From Naegleria gruberi (taxonomy: Eukaryota), in assembly GCA_000004985.1 (NCBI GenBank), contig GG738863.1: a stretch of DNA of 64,000 bases; one strand, 5' to 3'. Made by a program: the position numbers and the translations under genes. The notes beneath the pieces were generated by a model, which saw nothing but the letters and a program-made list of their open reading frames with translations, ran no database searches and was not told where the DNA came from. Of this stretch, positions 51,866 through 62,641 are shown one piece after another. Positions within the stretch are counted from its first letter, which is position 1; each line of letters begins with the position of its first letter.

Positions 51866-54800
51866 GATGGATAGAGGAGGTTCATCATCCAGTCAAAATG
51901 ATCTGATGAACTCTCCGAATAATACAAATCCAACAAATTTAGACTTGTTCAATATTATTAAAGAGTTGGTAACAAAAGTAAAGTAAGTGCAAATTATTGT
52001 AAAGAATAGAGAGGATTTATTAATAATCGGAATAGTTCGTTGGAAAATCAAGTGACTGATCTTAAAAACCAAATTTCAGCCTCTTCTTCTTCATCATCTA
52101 ATAGTAATAATAATAGTAGCGAACCTAAGAAAAAGAAAAAAGAGGAAAAGAAATCAAAGAAAGAGGATAAGAAGGATGTTAAAACCAAAGAAAATAAGAA
52201 AACAAAGAAGAATGAAAAAAAGAAAAAGTCACAACAATTATCTCCTTCTACACCGCCTCTACTTGAGCAACCTCTTCCTCCTCCTTCTGTAGAGATTCCG
52301 ATTCCTAGTGCTGAAGTGTTGGATGATTTAACGCCTCCGATTATGGAAGAAACATGTGAAGTTTCCTTGTTGGCACAACCAAATTTTGTTGAGCAAATGC
52401 TTCAAATGGATGAAATTGAGGAAGATAGAATGTATGAATCTCATTCACATTATGAACCTGGAGATGAGTATGAAAATGTAATGGATTTGGATGAAGCTGA
52501 ATATTGTGATATAAGTGATGAAGATCCAGAAAGAATAGAACATGCAAGAGAGGAAGATCTCTTGAAAAGAAAAGAGGAAGAGGAATGCACAAATGAGGAT
52601 TTACTTGGATTATCAAAGCAATTCCCTCAAATGATGTTGGATAAATTATACTCACATCAAAAGAGAGGAGTAAAGTTTCTTTGGGAAAATCTTGCAAAGG
52701 GAAATGGCTGTATTCTTGCTGATTTTATGGGCATGGGAAAAACTTTACAAACAGCTTCGTATGTATCATGATCATTATGAAATAATTTATTAACATTGAA
52801 AGATTTTTACATATATTTTTCGCTGAGAAGCAAGCTAAAACTGCTCTTATTGTTTCACCAGCATCTGTAAATACTCATTGGGAAAGAGAATTTAAAACAA
52901 TTGAAAAATGGGTTTCTGATCCTAATATTTCATGTATTAAACCTTTCCTACTCTCATCAAAGAACTCAATTCAGGATAGAAAAAAAACAACAGCAAATTG
53001 GCAACAAAATGGTGGTGTTATGATAACATCCTATGATATGTTTAGAACACTTTGTGTAGATGAAGATTTTAAGGAATATTTACTAAACCCAGGACCTGAT
53101 GTCATAGTTTTGGATGAAGGGCACAAAATTCGTCATTTATCTTCAAAAATTACTCGTGCTTTAAACTCTGTAAATACACAAAAGAGGATAATTTTAACTG
53201 GATATCCATTTCAAAACAATTTATTGGAATATTGGACAATGATTAATTTTGTATGTCCAATGTACTTGGGAGAAAAGAATGAATTCAAGAGGAAATATTC
53301 CAAGCCAATTCAAAAAGGACAACTCTCCAAAATACCCTATGAACGTAGAATAGCTAGAAGAAGATCATGGCTATTATATGAAAAAGTTAAATCCATCATT
53401 TTGAGAAGAGATGCATCCCTTTTGAAAAAGTTGTTGCCTCAAAAACAAGAAATTCTATTGACCTTGTCAAATAGTGAAATTCAAAGAAAAATGTACAAAA
53501 TTCTGATTGATTCTCTCAAATTAATTGGAAAGCCGAGTATCTTCTGGACCTATGATGTGGTTATCATGCTTTGTAATCATCCAGATGTTCTGTATAATTA
53601 CTATAAGTGGAAAGAAAAACAAGCAGAAACCCAAAAAATTGAGAAGGAAGCCAAAGATTCTAAAAAGAAGGAAAAAGAATCGTATTCAGCTGAAGAAGAA
53701 ACAAATAATGGTGAAGTGTTTGATCCCTCAATAGATGATGAGGAGATAGAATCATACATAGATAAAGAGGTTGATACTGGGGAAGAAGGAAAAGAACCTC
53801 AAAAGAAGGATAGTACTGAAGCAATAGCAAAAACTATTTTATCAGAAATATTTAAATGTCCAGAAAATATGGGATACAAGAGAGGAGCACTAGATAATGG
53901 AGGTAAAATGATACTCTTATTCAGTGTTATGTTTCAATGTAAAAGCGTAGGAGATCGTCTCATAGTATTCAGTAGAAGTATTAACACCTTGAATTTCATT
54001 GAAAACACTCTTAAACGATACAATAAGGATAAGGATGCAAAAGGTCAACTTAATTTTATGCGATTTGATGGAAGTACTCCATTTGATCAAAGACAATCCT
54101 GTATCGATAAGATTAACGATAATACTAACAATATTACAGTTCTACTTATTTCAACACTTGCCGGTTGTGAAGGTATTAATTTAATGGGAGCAAATAGAGT
54201 TGCACTCATTGATGTAAATTGGAACCCTTCTCATGATAGTNNNNNNNNNNNNNNNNNNNNNNNNNNNNNNNNNNNNNNNNNNNNNNNNNNNNNNNNNNNN
54301 NNNNNNNNNNNNNNNNNNNNNNNNNNNNNNNNNNNNNNNNNNNNNNNNNNNNNNNNNNNNNNNNNNNNNNNNNNNNNNNNNNNNNNNNNNNNNNNNNNNN
54401 NNNNNNNNNNNNNNNNNNNNNNNNNNNNNNNNNNNNNNNNNNNNNNNNNNNNNNNNNNNNNNNNNNNNNNNNNNNNNNNNNNNNNNNNTTAAAGAAAATA
54501 CCAAGTGGATCAAACGAGCAGATTTTAGAGATCAATTATTACGAGATGATCCTCTCAATATTCTGACTGAGGAAGAAAAACAGTTGGCTCATAGCGAAAA
54601 TGAATTTGAATCTGTTTATGGAGCTAAAAGAAATTATGATAGGAAAAAAGTAGATTCAACTCAAGAACAGAAAGCCAAAGCAACTACTGTCCCAACGATA
54701 CCTAAGAGGCCAGAAGAGCCAATTAATACCAATTATCTCAAAGATCAGGAATCGCTTTGGTTGAGAAGACAACAAATAATAGTGGAAAAGGAAACTGTAG

Positions 54801-55357
54801 AAGCCTCAAAGCTTTTACAAATTTTACAAACAAAAGATATTCCACTAACAGTTGTTCCTGAAAAACAAGTAGTTTCTACACCGCCTTCAACACCAGAATC
54901 AAAACTATCCCATTCTAAATTTGAAAAGGAAAAGAATAATATTATGAAACAATTGGTTTCCAAAAATAAGGTCAATCCTGTTCCAAAAAACCATCGTCCT
55001 TCTTCAAGCAATACCACTTCATTTGAAGATCCATATGAATTAGAGATGGAACGATCAAGAACGCAATCTGAATTTCAAAAAAAGAGACCTTACAAAGATG
55101 TTAATGATAGCAAGGGTGGAGAATACAGAAATAACAGAAACCATCCACCATATGATTCTCGAGATTACAATAGCAGAGACAGAAGAGATTATAGAGAAAA
55201 CCATAAAGATAGAGACTATAGGGATAACAGAGATAACAAGGAACGCAATTCTTATTACAGAGATAGTAGTAGAGACAATACAGACAAGGATAATCGTGAC
55301 CAGAGAGACAAAAGGCCCAACAATTATGATACCAGCAAAAGATACAAGAAATATTAA
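51866..55357 (+). CDS. SNF2-family DNA-dependent ATPase (ATRX/ARIP4/Rad54-like) with an R/D/Y-rich C-terminal tail; at least 3 exons, with the coding sequence interrupted by a 248-N gap.
   Basis: Exon 1 is at about 51866-51985 (MDRGGSSSSQNDLMNSPNN...). It joins to ORF 52040-52771, which has a basic/acidic N-terminal region followed by LYSHQKRGVKFLWENLAKGNGCILADFMGMGKTLQTAS (motif I). A 44-nt intron (GTATGT...TGAAAG, about 52766-52809) leads to SFLHIFFAEKQAKTALIVSPASVNTHWEREF. Further on come ...VIVLDEGHKIRH (DEGH, motif II), ILTGYPFQNNLLEYW (motif III) and the helicase-C region LIVFSRSINTLNFIENTL...LLISTLAGCEGINLMGANRVALIDVNWNPSHDS[gap]. The tail reads RDYNSRDRRDYRENHKDRDYRDNRDNKERNSYYRDSSRDNTDKDNRDQRDKR. 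Confidence 0.8.
54241..54488. other. Assembly gap (248 N) inside the SNF2 helicase-C region.
   Basis: A run of n characters; motif VI of the helicase is expected within it. Confidence 0.99.
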
Positions 55358-55370
55358 TTTTAATAATAAA

Positions 55371-57095
55371 TTAAAGTTGAGGAGCCATATTAACCCAATC
55401 AAAAGCAAATCTGACTGGTTGATCAGTGTGAATATTTGTCTTATCCCAGTTAGCAGTCCATTCGAAAACAGGTTGAGTGTCATGAGTTGGACCAGATTGA
55501 GCAACAGCTCTATTGAGTTTAGCCATGTGGACATCAGTAACCTTAGCGTCAATAGCACCGAAAGCTTGAGCTCTCATATTTGGTGGATTCAAATCACATC
55601 TAGCAGCAACAGCATGGCAAGCATCACCACCAGAGAATGGATCAGTTTGGTACTTGTTTTGTCTGATCAAAGATTTAACACCTTCAATATCAGTAACAGC
55701 TGGAAGATCACGTCTGAAAATGTTAGCTCTTGGACAATGTTCATAACTCCAGAAATCACCATACTTTTGGAATTGAGCTGGATAACCAGAAATGTTGTAA
55801 ATATAAGGGAAGTATGGAATATTGTAAGAAGCCCAATAAGAACTATCAAGAATATGGCTGACACTAGCAATCTTACAATCACCTGGAATTTGTTCCAAAA
55901 TGTAGAGAAGATCTGGGTGAGATGTTTTAGCATATGGAACAAACTTGTTAATATCAAGAACGATCCATTGATTGTTGTAAGTACCACTGTTGTACTTGGC
56001 AAACAATTGAGTCCATTCCTTACCAGAAGTGGCCAATCTGTTAGCAACAATATTTCTGATCCAGTAGAACAAAGTTTCTGGAACAACCTTATTATAGAGA
56101 GTCAAGTTGAAAATATTGTTTGAAGTTTCAGTAATAACCAAACCAGCATCTGTAATGTAGAAATCATCAACAGAAACCAACCAACCAGGAGAGGATGAGA
56201 AACTGACCAATTTAGCTGGAACATTCTTAAAGTTAATTCTGTAATGTTTGAAAATTCTGAGCATGTTTTGGAAAGTATCCCAAGTAGCATGAGTCAAGAA
56301 TACATTGCTTCTATCATGACTTAACTTAACAAAAGCACTACATTTAGTCTTGAAAATAGCAAATGATTCCAATTCAAATTGAGTCATTGTGTGGAAAGAT
56401 GGAGGAGACCACTTGTTTGACAAATCCTCAATATCACCATCCAATTGGAATTTAAACATGTCAATCAATGAAAGTTGAGGCAAGGTATCTTTTTCAGCCA
56501 TAGCCTTCAAATAACCTGCAAATAAACCTTCAACTTGTTCCAAAACCAAAGCAACATGATGCCAGTAAAGCTTTTCACTTGTATCAGTTGAATTCTTTGA
56601 TTCAGCAATCTTTCTCTTCATGAAACGGAAGTTACCATCCAAGAATGCATTCAATTGCTTGTTTTGACTATCATCAAAAGTATATTGTTTATATCCAGTC
56701 CAATATTCTTGCATTAATTCTCCAGTAGTAAATCCTTCAATAAAACCAGCAGCGAAGGCTTGTTCTTCATCACTGTGATCTGGATTAGTACTCAAGCTCA
56801 AAGTAGCCCAACCAGTCTTATTAACAGTTTGTTCATAGTGTACTTGAGCAATTGGTTCTCCGACCATCATTTTCATCTTGTTATTGTTTTGGTCAACAAT
56901 TCTATAAGATTCAATGTTCTTATAGGCAAGAGGACTCTTATCCTTTGGTTCATAGTAGAGGTTGAGTTTTTGGGAGGCTTCAACATGTTGAACAGATAAT
57001 GCCAACATGGCAATAAGTGCCAACACTGTTGCGATAAAACAACCAAACCGCACGGAAGAATGTTGTTGCATTTTTTTCTTGTAATTCTTCCACAA
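55371..57095 (-). CDS. Phospholipase B-like protein (PLBD/LAMA family), secreted or lysosomal.
   Basis: The 574-aa product has a signal peptide (VRFGCFIATVLALIAMLALSVQHVEA). Its length and cysteine pattern are collinear with PLBD1/2 and the Dictyostelium phospholipase-B-like family, including the conserved ...FAAGFIEGFTTGELM... and ...WSYEHCPRANIFRRD... regions. Its stop is 13 bp from the SNF2 stop (convergent). Confidence 0.65.
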   Translation of the reverse strand: MWKNYKKKMQQHSSVRFGCFIATVLALIAMLALSVQHVEASQKLNLYYEPKDKSPLAYKNIESYRIVDQNNNKMKMMVGEPIAQVHYEQTVNKTGWATLSLSTNPDHSDEEQAFAAGFIEGFTTGELMQEYWTGYKQYTFDDSQNKQLNAFLDGNFRFMKRKIAESKNSTDTSEKLYWHHVALVLEQVEGLFAGYLKAMAEKDTLPQLSLIDMFKFQLDGDIEDLSNKWSPPSFHTMTQFELESFAIFKTKCSAFVKLSHDRSNVFLTHATWDTFQNMLRIFKHYRINFKNVPAKLVSFSSSPGWLVSVDDFYITDAGLVITETSNNIFNLTLYNKVVPETLFYWIRNIVANRLATSGKEWTQLFAKYNSGTYNNQWIVLDINKFVPYAKTSHPDLLYILEQIPGDCKIASVSHILDSSYWASYNIPYFPYIYNISGYPAQFQKYGDFWSYEHCPRANIFRRDLPAVTDIEGVKSLIRQNKYQTDPFSGGDACHAVAARCDLNPPNMRAQAFGAIDAKVTDVHMAKLNRAVAQSGPTHDTQPVFEWTANWDKTNIHTDQPVRFAFDWVNMAPQL

Positions 57096-57442
57096 GGTGG
57101 GAGATGAGGAGTTTCACTTTCCGGGGTGCTACTTGACAATTTGTGAATAGATCACAGGTATTACGTTATTCATTGTGTAAATAATTTGTAATGAAATCAA
57201 AAGTGATGGAAATTGATGAATATTATTAGCTCTTAACTGTTTATTAATCATGGAAATAAATCGCCTCTTCCTTAATTTACTAATTATTGCAACACTGTTT
57301 CCTTCATCAGGACTATTCAATTTTGAATGATAATAAGATCATTGACCAATGTTTCTTTTATGTTTCTTTTCTAATTTCTCTTACTAAAAAGAACTCTTTT
57401 TGTATTTTATTTAATAATTATTATTAATTACAATAATAAAAA

Positions 57443-58959
57443 ATGGCTCCATCACTCGAAGAACTTTCAAATGCTCAACCGATCACTCAAAAGATGGTTG
57501 ATTTTATCAATGAATCCAAATCACCTTATCATGCCGTCGGATCAATTAAAAAAAGATTGTTAGATAGTGGATATGAACAACTCTTTGAAAGAGAAGCAAA
57601 TTGGGAACAAAAAATTAAGCCTTGTGGAAAGTATTTCTTCACCAGAAATCACTCAACAATTGTTGCATTTGCTGTTGGTGGAAAATTTGCTGCTGGAACA
57701 TCAGGATTGAAAATTATTGGAGCCCACACTGACAGTCCTCATCTTGTCATTAAACCAATTTCATCACAAAAGAGTTCTGGTTATCTTCAAGTTGGTGTAC
57801 AAACTGTAAGTGATGATTTTATATTTCGGAAATGGAAGAAATATTATTAAATAGTATGGTGGAGGTTTGTGGTATACTTGGTTCGATAGAGATTTGACAG
57901 TTGCTGGTAGAGTTATTCTTTCTGATGGACAAGGAAAATTCAAGCAACATCTTGTCGAAGTTAAGAGACCAATTCTTCGTATTCCTTCTTTAGCTATTCA
58001 CTTACAAAGAGAAGTTTCAACTGATGGTTTCAAACCTAATACTGAACTCCATGTAAGTAGTTTGACATTTTGTAAACTAAATTCAATAGTTACTTCCAAT
58101 TATTGGTACTGAATTGGGAGAATTGAGTGATGATCCAAATACTAAGGGATTTATTGCTAACCATCACTCTGTTTTATTGAAAGCTATTGCTGAAGAATTG
58201 AAATGTAATGTTGCTGATATTCGTGATTTTGACATGTCAATTGCTGATGTTCAACCTGGTGTTATTGGAGGTGTAAATAATGAATTTGTTTTTGCTCCAA
58301 GATTGGACAATTTGGCATCATGCTTTGTTTCTCTTGAAGCTCTCCTTAACAGCGAGAATACTTTGGCTACTGAAAAGGATATTAGAATGATTTGTTTATT
58401 TGATCATGAAGAAGTTGGTAGTACAAGTTCTTATGGTGCTGATTCTAGTCTTATTAATGATACCATTAATAGAGTTATTCAATGTACACATGCCTCCTTT
58501 GATAAGAATGCTCCAGTTGACTCTTATGGAGCTTGTATTGCAAACTCATTCATTATTTCATGTGATATGGCTCATGCTGTCCATCCAAATTATTCTGAAA
58601 AGCATCAAGCTAAACACAGACCACAAATCCATCAAGGTTTGGTTATCAAGACTAATGCCAATCAAAGATATGCCACCAATGGACATACTTCATTCTTGTT
58701 TGGAGAATTGGCTAAACGTCACAATATTCCAATTCAACAATTTGTTGTAAGAAATGATAGTGCTTGTGGATCCACAATTGGTCCAATTACATCTTCCAAC
58801 ACTTCAATTCGTACCATTGATGTTGGTATTCCTCAACTTTCAATGCACTCTATCAGAGAACAATGTGGTTGTGTTGATATCAAATCAACCATTGACCTTT
58901 TCACTGAATACTTTAATGAATTTAGTGAAATTGATTCCACATTGCACATTGATGAATAA
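57443..58959 (+). CDS. DNPEP: Aspartyl aminopeptidase (M18 family, DNPEP); 3 exons with introns at about 57807-57852 and 58051-58105.
   Basis: Exon 1 reads ...[56 protein letters not shown]...[17 protein letters not shown]. Exon 2 reads [20 protein letters not shown]...[14 protein letters not shown]. Exon 3 reads ...[21 protein letters not shown]...[13 protein letters not shown]...[12 protein letters not shown]. The metal-binding residues and the order of regions match M18 aminopeptidases. Confidence 0.85.
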
Positions 58960-59012
58960 ATCATAATATTAGAAATACGTTCAACAATTTAATTTAAATA
59001 TTTAATTAAAAA

Positions 59013-59204
59013 ATGGAAAATTACAACAAGGCATACAGAGGAGGTCGAGGAGGTCATAGAGGTGGTAGAGGTGGTAGAGGAGGATACAATAACAATGGAG
59101 GAGGACATCGTAACTATCATCACAACAAGCATCAAAAGAAAGAATTTGTTTTTGATGTTGCCCAATATTATAAAGAATCATTTTGGACTGATCCTTGGAA
59201 TTAA
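59013..59204 (+). CDS. Hypothetical small Gly/Arg-rich protein with a conserved-looking aromatic C-terminus.
   Basis: The 63-aa ORF reads MENYNKAYRGGRGGHRGGRGGRGGYNNNGGGHRNYHHNKHQKKEFVFDVAQYYKESFWTDPWN. The + strand RGG-box-like repeat reads as HHH/Y-rich on the opposite strand (ORF 59002-59211), which is the artefact. I do not recognise a family. Confidence 0.4.
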   Translation: MENYNKAYRGGRGGHRGGRGGRGGYNNNGGGHRNYHHNKHQKKEFVFDVAQYYKESFWTDPWN

Positions 59205-59326
59205 TTGTCAAGAAATAGTATCATCATCATCATGATGTTTAGATTATTTGATTATTATTGCATTCATTTCATTGAATACAAAAGAATACAAATCATTAGA
59301 TGATGAAATATCATAATACAAAAAAA

Positions 59327-59993
59327 TGGAACCTCTTCCTACATTCGAGGATTTCTTCAATAGTAAAGTATGTCTTGAAATAAAGAATCAACATGAAGAA
59401 TTATTAAATAATAATATTTATAATTTTATAGGGAGGAAGTAAAGTCAATCATGATGCAGGAATTTATGGAATGACAAATATTCATATGGTTGGAAAAAGT
59501 CTAATTAATAAAGGAGCAATATTGAGAGGAGATTTACAAACTATCAAGATTGGAAAATTAACAATAATTGGAGAAAATGCAATTATTAGACCACCAACTG
59601 CAAATTATGGAATGGAATTGATGCAAGATATAGGAGCTTATTTACAATTGTCAATCGGAGATCATGTTTATATTGGAGATAATTCTGTTGTACAGGCAGC
59701 TGCTATTGGTTCATTTGTGTACATTGGCAAAAATTGTGTTATTGTAAGTTAATTAGCAGAGGATTATATAGAATTTAGAAATAATTATTTAGGGAGAAAG
59801 ATGTATTCTAAGCGATTGTTGTAGAGTTGAGGATAATTCTGTTGTTGCTTCTGATACTGTTATTCCTACCTTTACTTCATTTTCTGGAAATCCAGCCTTA
59901 ATGACTGATTCTGATTTACCTGAATCAACAGAAATAACCATGAAAGAATTGACAACCAAACTTTATATTCAATATTCTCCAAAAATTATTTGA
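59327..59993 (+). CDS. DCTN5: Dynactin subunit 5 (p25; left-handed beta-helix, hexapeptide repeats); 3 exons.
   Basis: Exon 1 is short (MEPLPTFEDFFNSK; donor AAA|GTATGT). Exon 2 is about 59433-59752: GGSKVNHDAGIYGMTNIHMVGKSLINKGAILRGDLQTIKIGKLTIIGENAIIRPP...LSIGDHVYIGDNSVVQAAAIGSFVYIGKNCVI. Exon 3 is about 59805-59993: GERCILSDCCRVEDNSVVASDTVIPTFTSFSGNPA.... The product is collinear with p25 ([66 protein letters not shown]). Confidence 0.75.
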
Positions 59994-60119
59994 ATGTTTA
60001 TTGTGTTAAACAGTCACCTAGCTGTCCAGCATACCTCTCTGTGAGTCTATTCTTTAATGTGTCAGTTTGTTGTGTTAACATTGATGACAATGTCAATAGA
60101 TCTCCTTCAGTAGAAATTT

Positions 60120-62504
60120 CTAAAATCGATTAGATATTAACGAGAGACAATACTTACGCTGATTAAAAAGTTTAGATTGTGAAGTTTCCAATCCGTCTGT
60201 CTCTACAAGTGTTAAAAGATTGTTCACATCCTTAATAGTTGACGACATATTTCTTCTAATAAAGTCTATTTGTTGGAATGCCTTCTCATTGTTCTTATAT
60301 TTGAAATTTTCTGTTCTTAGAGAGTTTGATATTCTTCTTTCCTCCTCAATTAATCTCAATAACTCTTGCTTCTTTGTTTCGTTATCATCCATAACACCAA
60401 CAAGTTTCTTTTTGTATTTCTCAACTAGATTTTCCAAAAAGTGGATTCTTTCCTCTTTTGTCTGCCCTTCTTTGATTTGAACACTTATTTCTTCTTTCAC
60501 TTGTTCAGTAAAGTCTCTTCTTTCTTCGAGAAGGTGTTGTGTTTGTTTTTTGAATCTATCAATTTCTTGCAAATTATTTTCACTGAACAGTTTGAGAGTT
60601 CTTATTTCTTGATCCTTTCTCTCTATTAATGCATTGAGTTCCAAAATTTGCTTGTCTTTTTCTCCATTCTTTCTAATCTCATCCTCTTTGCAAGCAATTA
60701 ATTCCAGTAACCTTGCTTTCTTTTCCTCGTAGTGAAGCCTTTCTCTTTCAATGTCAGATCTTAATTCTCTGATTGTCCTGTTATGCTCTTCGATTATTGG
60801 CCTCAAATGTTGTCTGTCTTGATCTCTTACTTGAACTTCTTTTTCTCTTAGGTTTTGGTTGAGCGATTCAATTGTCTTTTTTAAACCCTCAATCACATTT
60901 GTATGAGTCTGGGAATCAGAATCCAATTTAACTTGAAGCTCATCTATTCTCTTATTTAACTCTGACACAGCTGTATCCTTGCTGCTAGAAATAAATTGAA
61001 GGGCTTCAAGCGAGTCTTCCAGAGATTTGTTTTGAGATTCTAAATTGGTATTCATTGAGTGCAATTTGATGATCTTATTTCTGAGGTCAATAATTTCCCT
61101 GTTCTTCTTTTGAATCTCGTCTATCAATGTTGTTTTAGAAAATTCTTTTTGTTTAAATAAATTCACATCTATTAAACCTTGTTTATCCTCCCCAAAAGAA
61201 ATATTCTGTTTCATTGGAGATTCTTTTTTTGGTGTTATTTGAGGCTTAACATTAGTATTTTCATTAATTGCTGTTCTCGATTTTTTGATTTGTGAAAGAA
61301 TATTTACAATTTCTCTATCTTCGTTATCTGTGGTATTACCCTCATCATGATTATTGAATATTATTGAGGTCTTTTTAGGTCTTGAAGTAGAAATTTTGAT
61401 TGGTTCAATGTCAGATGTTGCAAACTCCTCAGTAAAGTAGCTGTTTTGCACATTCTTAATTTTCTCTTGTTGTACCTCTGCCATTTTGAAGGCTTTATCT
61501 GTTTTTTCACTCAGTAAAAGTTGTTTGATGAGATCTTCCTTTTCTTTACGAGGTGAAATTTCAATTTCCTTCATACCAACAGAAATTCCACTTTGTCTTC
61601 CTGATTTTTGTTCCGATTCAAAATCATAAGGTTTAAACGAAGGAGGAGTAAAATATGCCGTACTTGGTGTTGTATTTGCTCTTGACATTGTAGATAAGAA
61701 AGGATGAGGGGATTTACTAATGTACATTTCCCGATCCCTTGGAGTTAATGTTGGTGATTCTCTTCTCATTCGTTGTTGTTGTGTTCCAATTTTTTCCTTA
61801 TTAGCTAAATAATAATAATGATGATGTTCCTCAACAGCTGCTTTGTTATTATTTGATGATGTATTAAATACAGTTGGAGAGGCTGCTCTTCTCCTAAAGA
61901 TTGCTGGATCAAACGTTTGAGTTTCTGGCGCAAAATTTGTAGAAGGTGAGCGCGGTCTGTTTTTTTCTGGGTTTGTATGAGGAACATATTGTTCCGTATT
62001 ATTGTTGCTTAATGTTGCAGTTGAGGGAGAATATTCATTTGTTGTTCTGTATTGAGTAGATGAGGCTCTTGGGGAAGAAGGTGAAAGAGAAGGAATTTGT
62101 CTTTGAAATTTGATAGCAGAGAAATGACCAGGTGTATGATTGATTGCAAGGGATGATGTTGGACGTTCGGCGTCATTTAATAACGTTAGAGAGGGAGAAA
62201 GAGAAGGATTATTAGTTGCATAGGTAGTTGGTGTTGAGGTTTTTGAGGAAAACACTGTTGGACGAGAATTTGTTGGTGAGGGAGCATATCTATTTGATGA
62301 AGATGACGAATGCTCTGCGTAGGGAGATGGTTTAGAAACAAACAATCTTGAAAATCCATTTTTCGTTGATTCCAAGTGCATAATTGTTGGGTCATCTCCT
62401 GTATGATGATTTTTTAAGGCTGAATTTCTTGCAGGTGATGATGCTTGACTCCTCTCTCCATAACCCTCATAATTTGATGATGTAAGGAGTGGCATTTTTT
62501 TCAA
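60120..62504 (-). CDS. Hypothetical protein with an S/T/P-rich N-terminal half and a C-terminal coiled coil (794 aa).
   Basis: The long minus-strand ORF has an N-terminal half with S/T/P/N-rich low complexity. From about residue 430 it is strongly heptad-patterned E/K/L/Q-rich sequence (KLHSMNTNLESQNKSLEDSLEALQF..., RELRSDIERERLHYEEKKARLLEL...). I do not recognise a family. Confidence 0.45.
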   Translation of the reverse strand: MKKMPLLTSSNYEGYGERSQASSPARNSALKNHHTGDDPTIMHLESTKNGFSRLFVSKPSPYAEHSSSSSNRYAPSPTNSRPTVFSSKTSTPTTYATNNPSLSPSLTLLNDAERPTSSLAINHTPGHFSAIKFQRQIPSLSPSSPRASSTQYRTTNEYSPSTATLSNNNTEQYVPHTNPEKNRPRSPSTNFAPETQTFDPAIFRRRAASPTVFNTSSNNNKAAVEEHHHYYYLANKEKIGTQQQRMRRESPTLTPRDREMYISKSPHPFLSTMSRANTTPSTAYFTPPSFKPYDFESEQKSGRQSGISVGMKEIEISPRKEKEDLIKQLLLSEKTDKAFKMAEVQQEKIKNVQNSYFTEEFATSDIEPIKISTSRPKKTSIIFNNHDEGNTTDNEDREIVNILSQIKKSRTAINENTNVKPQITPKKESPMKQNISFGEDKQGLIDVNLFKQKEFSKTTLIDEIQKKNREIIDLRNKIIKLHSMNTNLESQNKSLEDSLEALQFISSSKDTAVSELNKRIDELQVKLDSDSQTHTNVIEGLKKTIESLNQNLREKEVQVRDQDRQHLRPIIEEHNRTIRELRSDIERERLHYEEKKARLLELIACKEDEIRKNGEKDKQILELNALIERKDQEIRTLKLFSENNLQEIDRFKKQTQHLLEERRDFTEQVKEEISVQIKEGQTKEERIHFLENLVEKYKKKLVGVMDDNETKKQELLRLIEEERRISNSLRTENFKYKNNEKAFQQIDFIRRNMSSTIKDVNNLLTLVETDGLETSQSKLFNQRKYCLSLISNRF

Positions 62505-62641
62505 AATGACTTGCTTGACGTTAAGAAAAATGGAGGGAAGATGTTACTAAACTCTCTCAATTAATATGAGAGGTTCTGTAAATGGTTGCAGTTCAGTTTT
62601 CAAAGAGGAAGAAATAATGGATTTGCCAAGAATATATTTAT

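Noticed and set aside
55055-56123. ORFs 55098-56123 (+, 341 aa) and 55055-55558 (-, 167 aa) overlapping the SNF2 tail and the phospholipase-B-like gene.
   Set aside because: The translations are low-complexity (ITE/ETI and LLL-rich). They arise from the RD-repeat codons and from antisense reading of the PLB-like gene, whose own frame has a signal peptide and a conserved family pattern.
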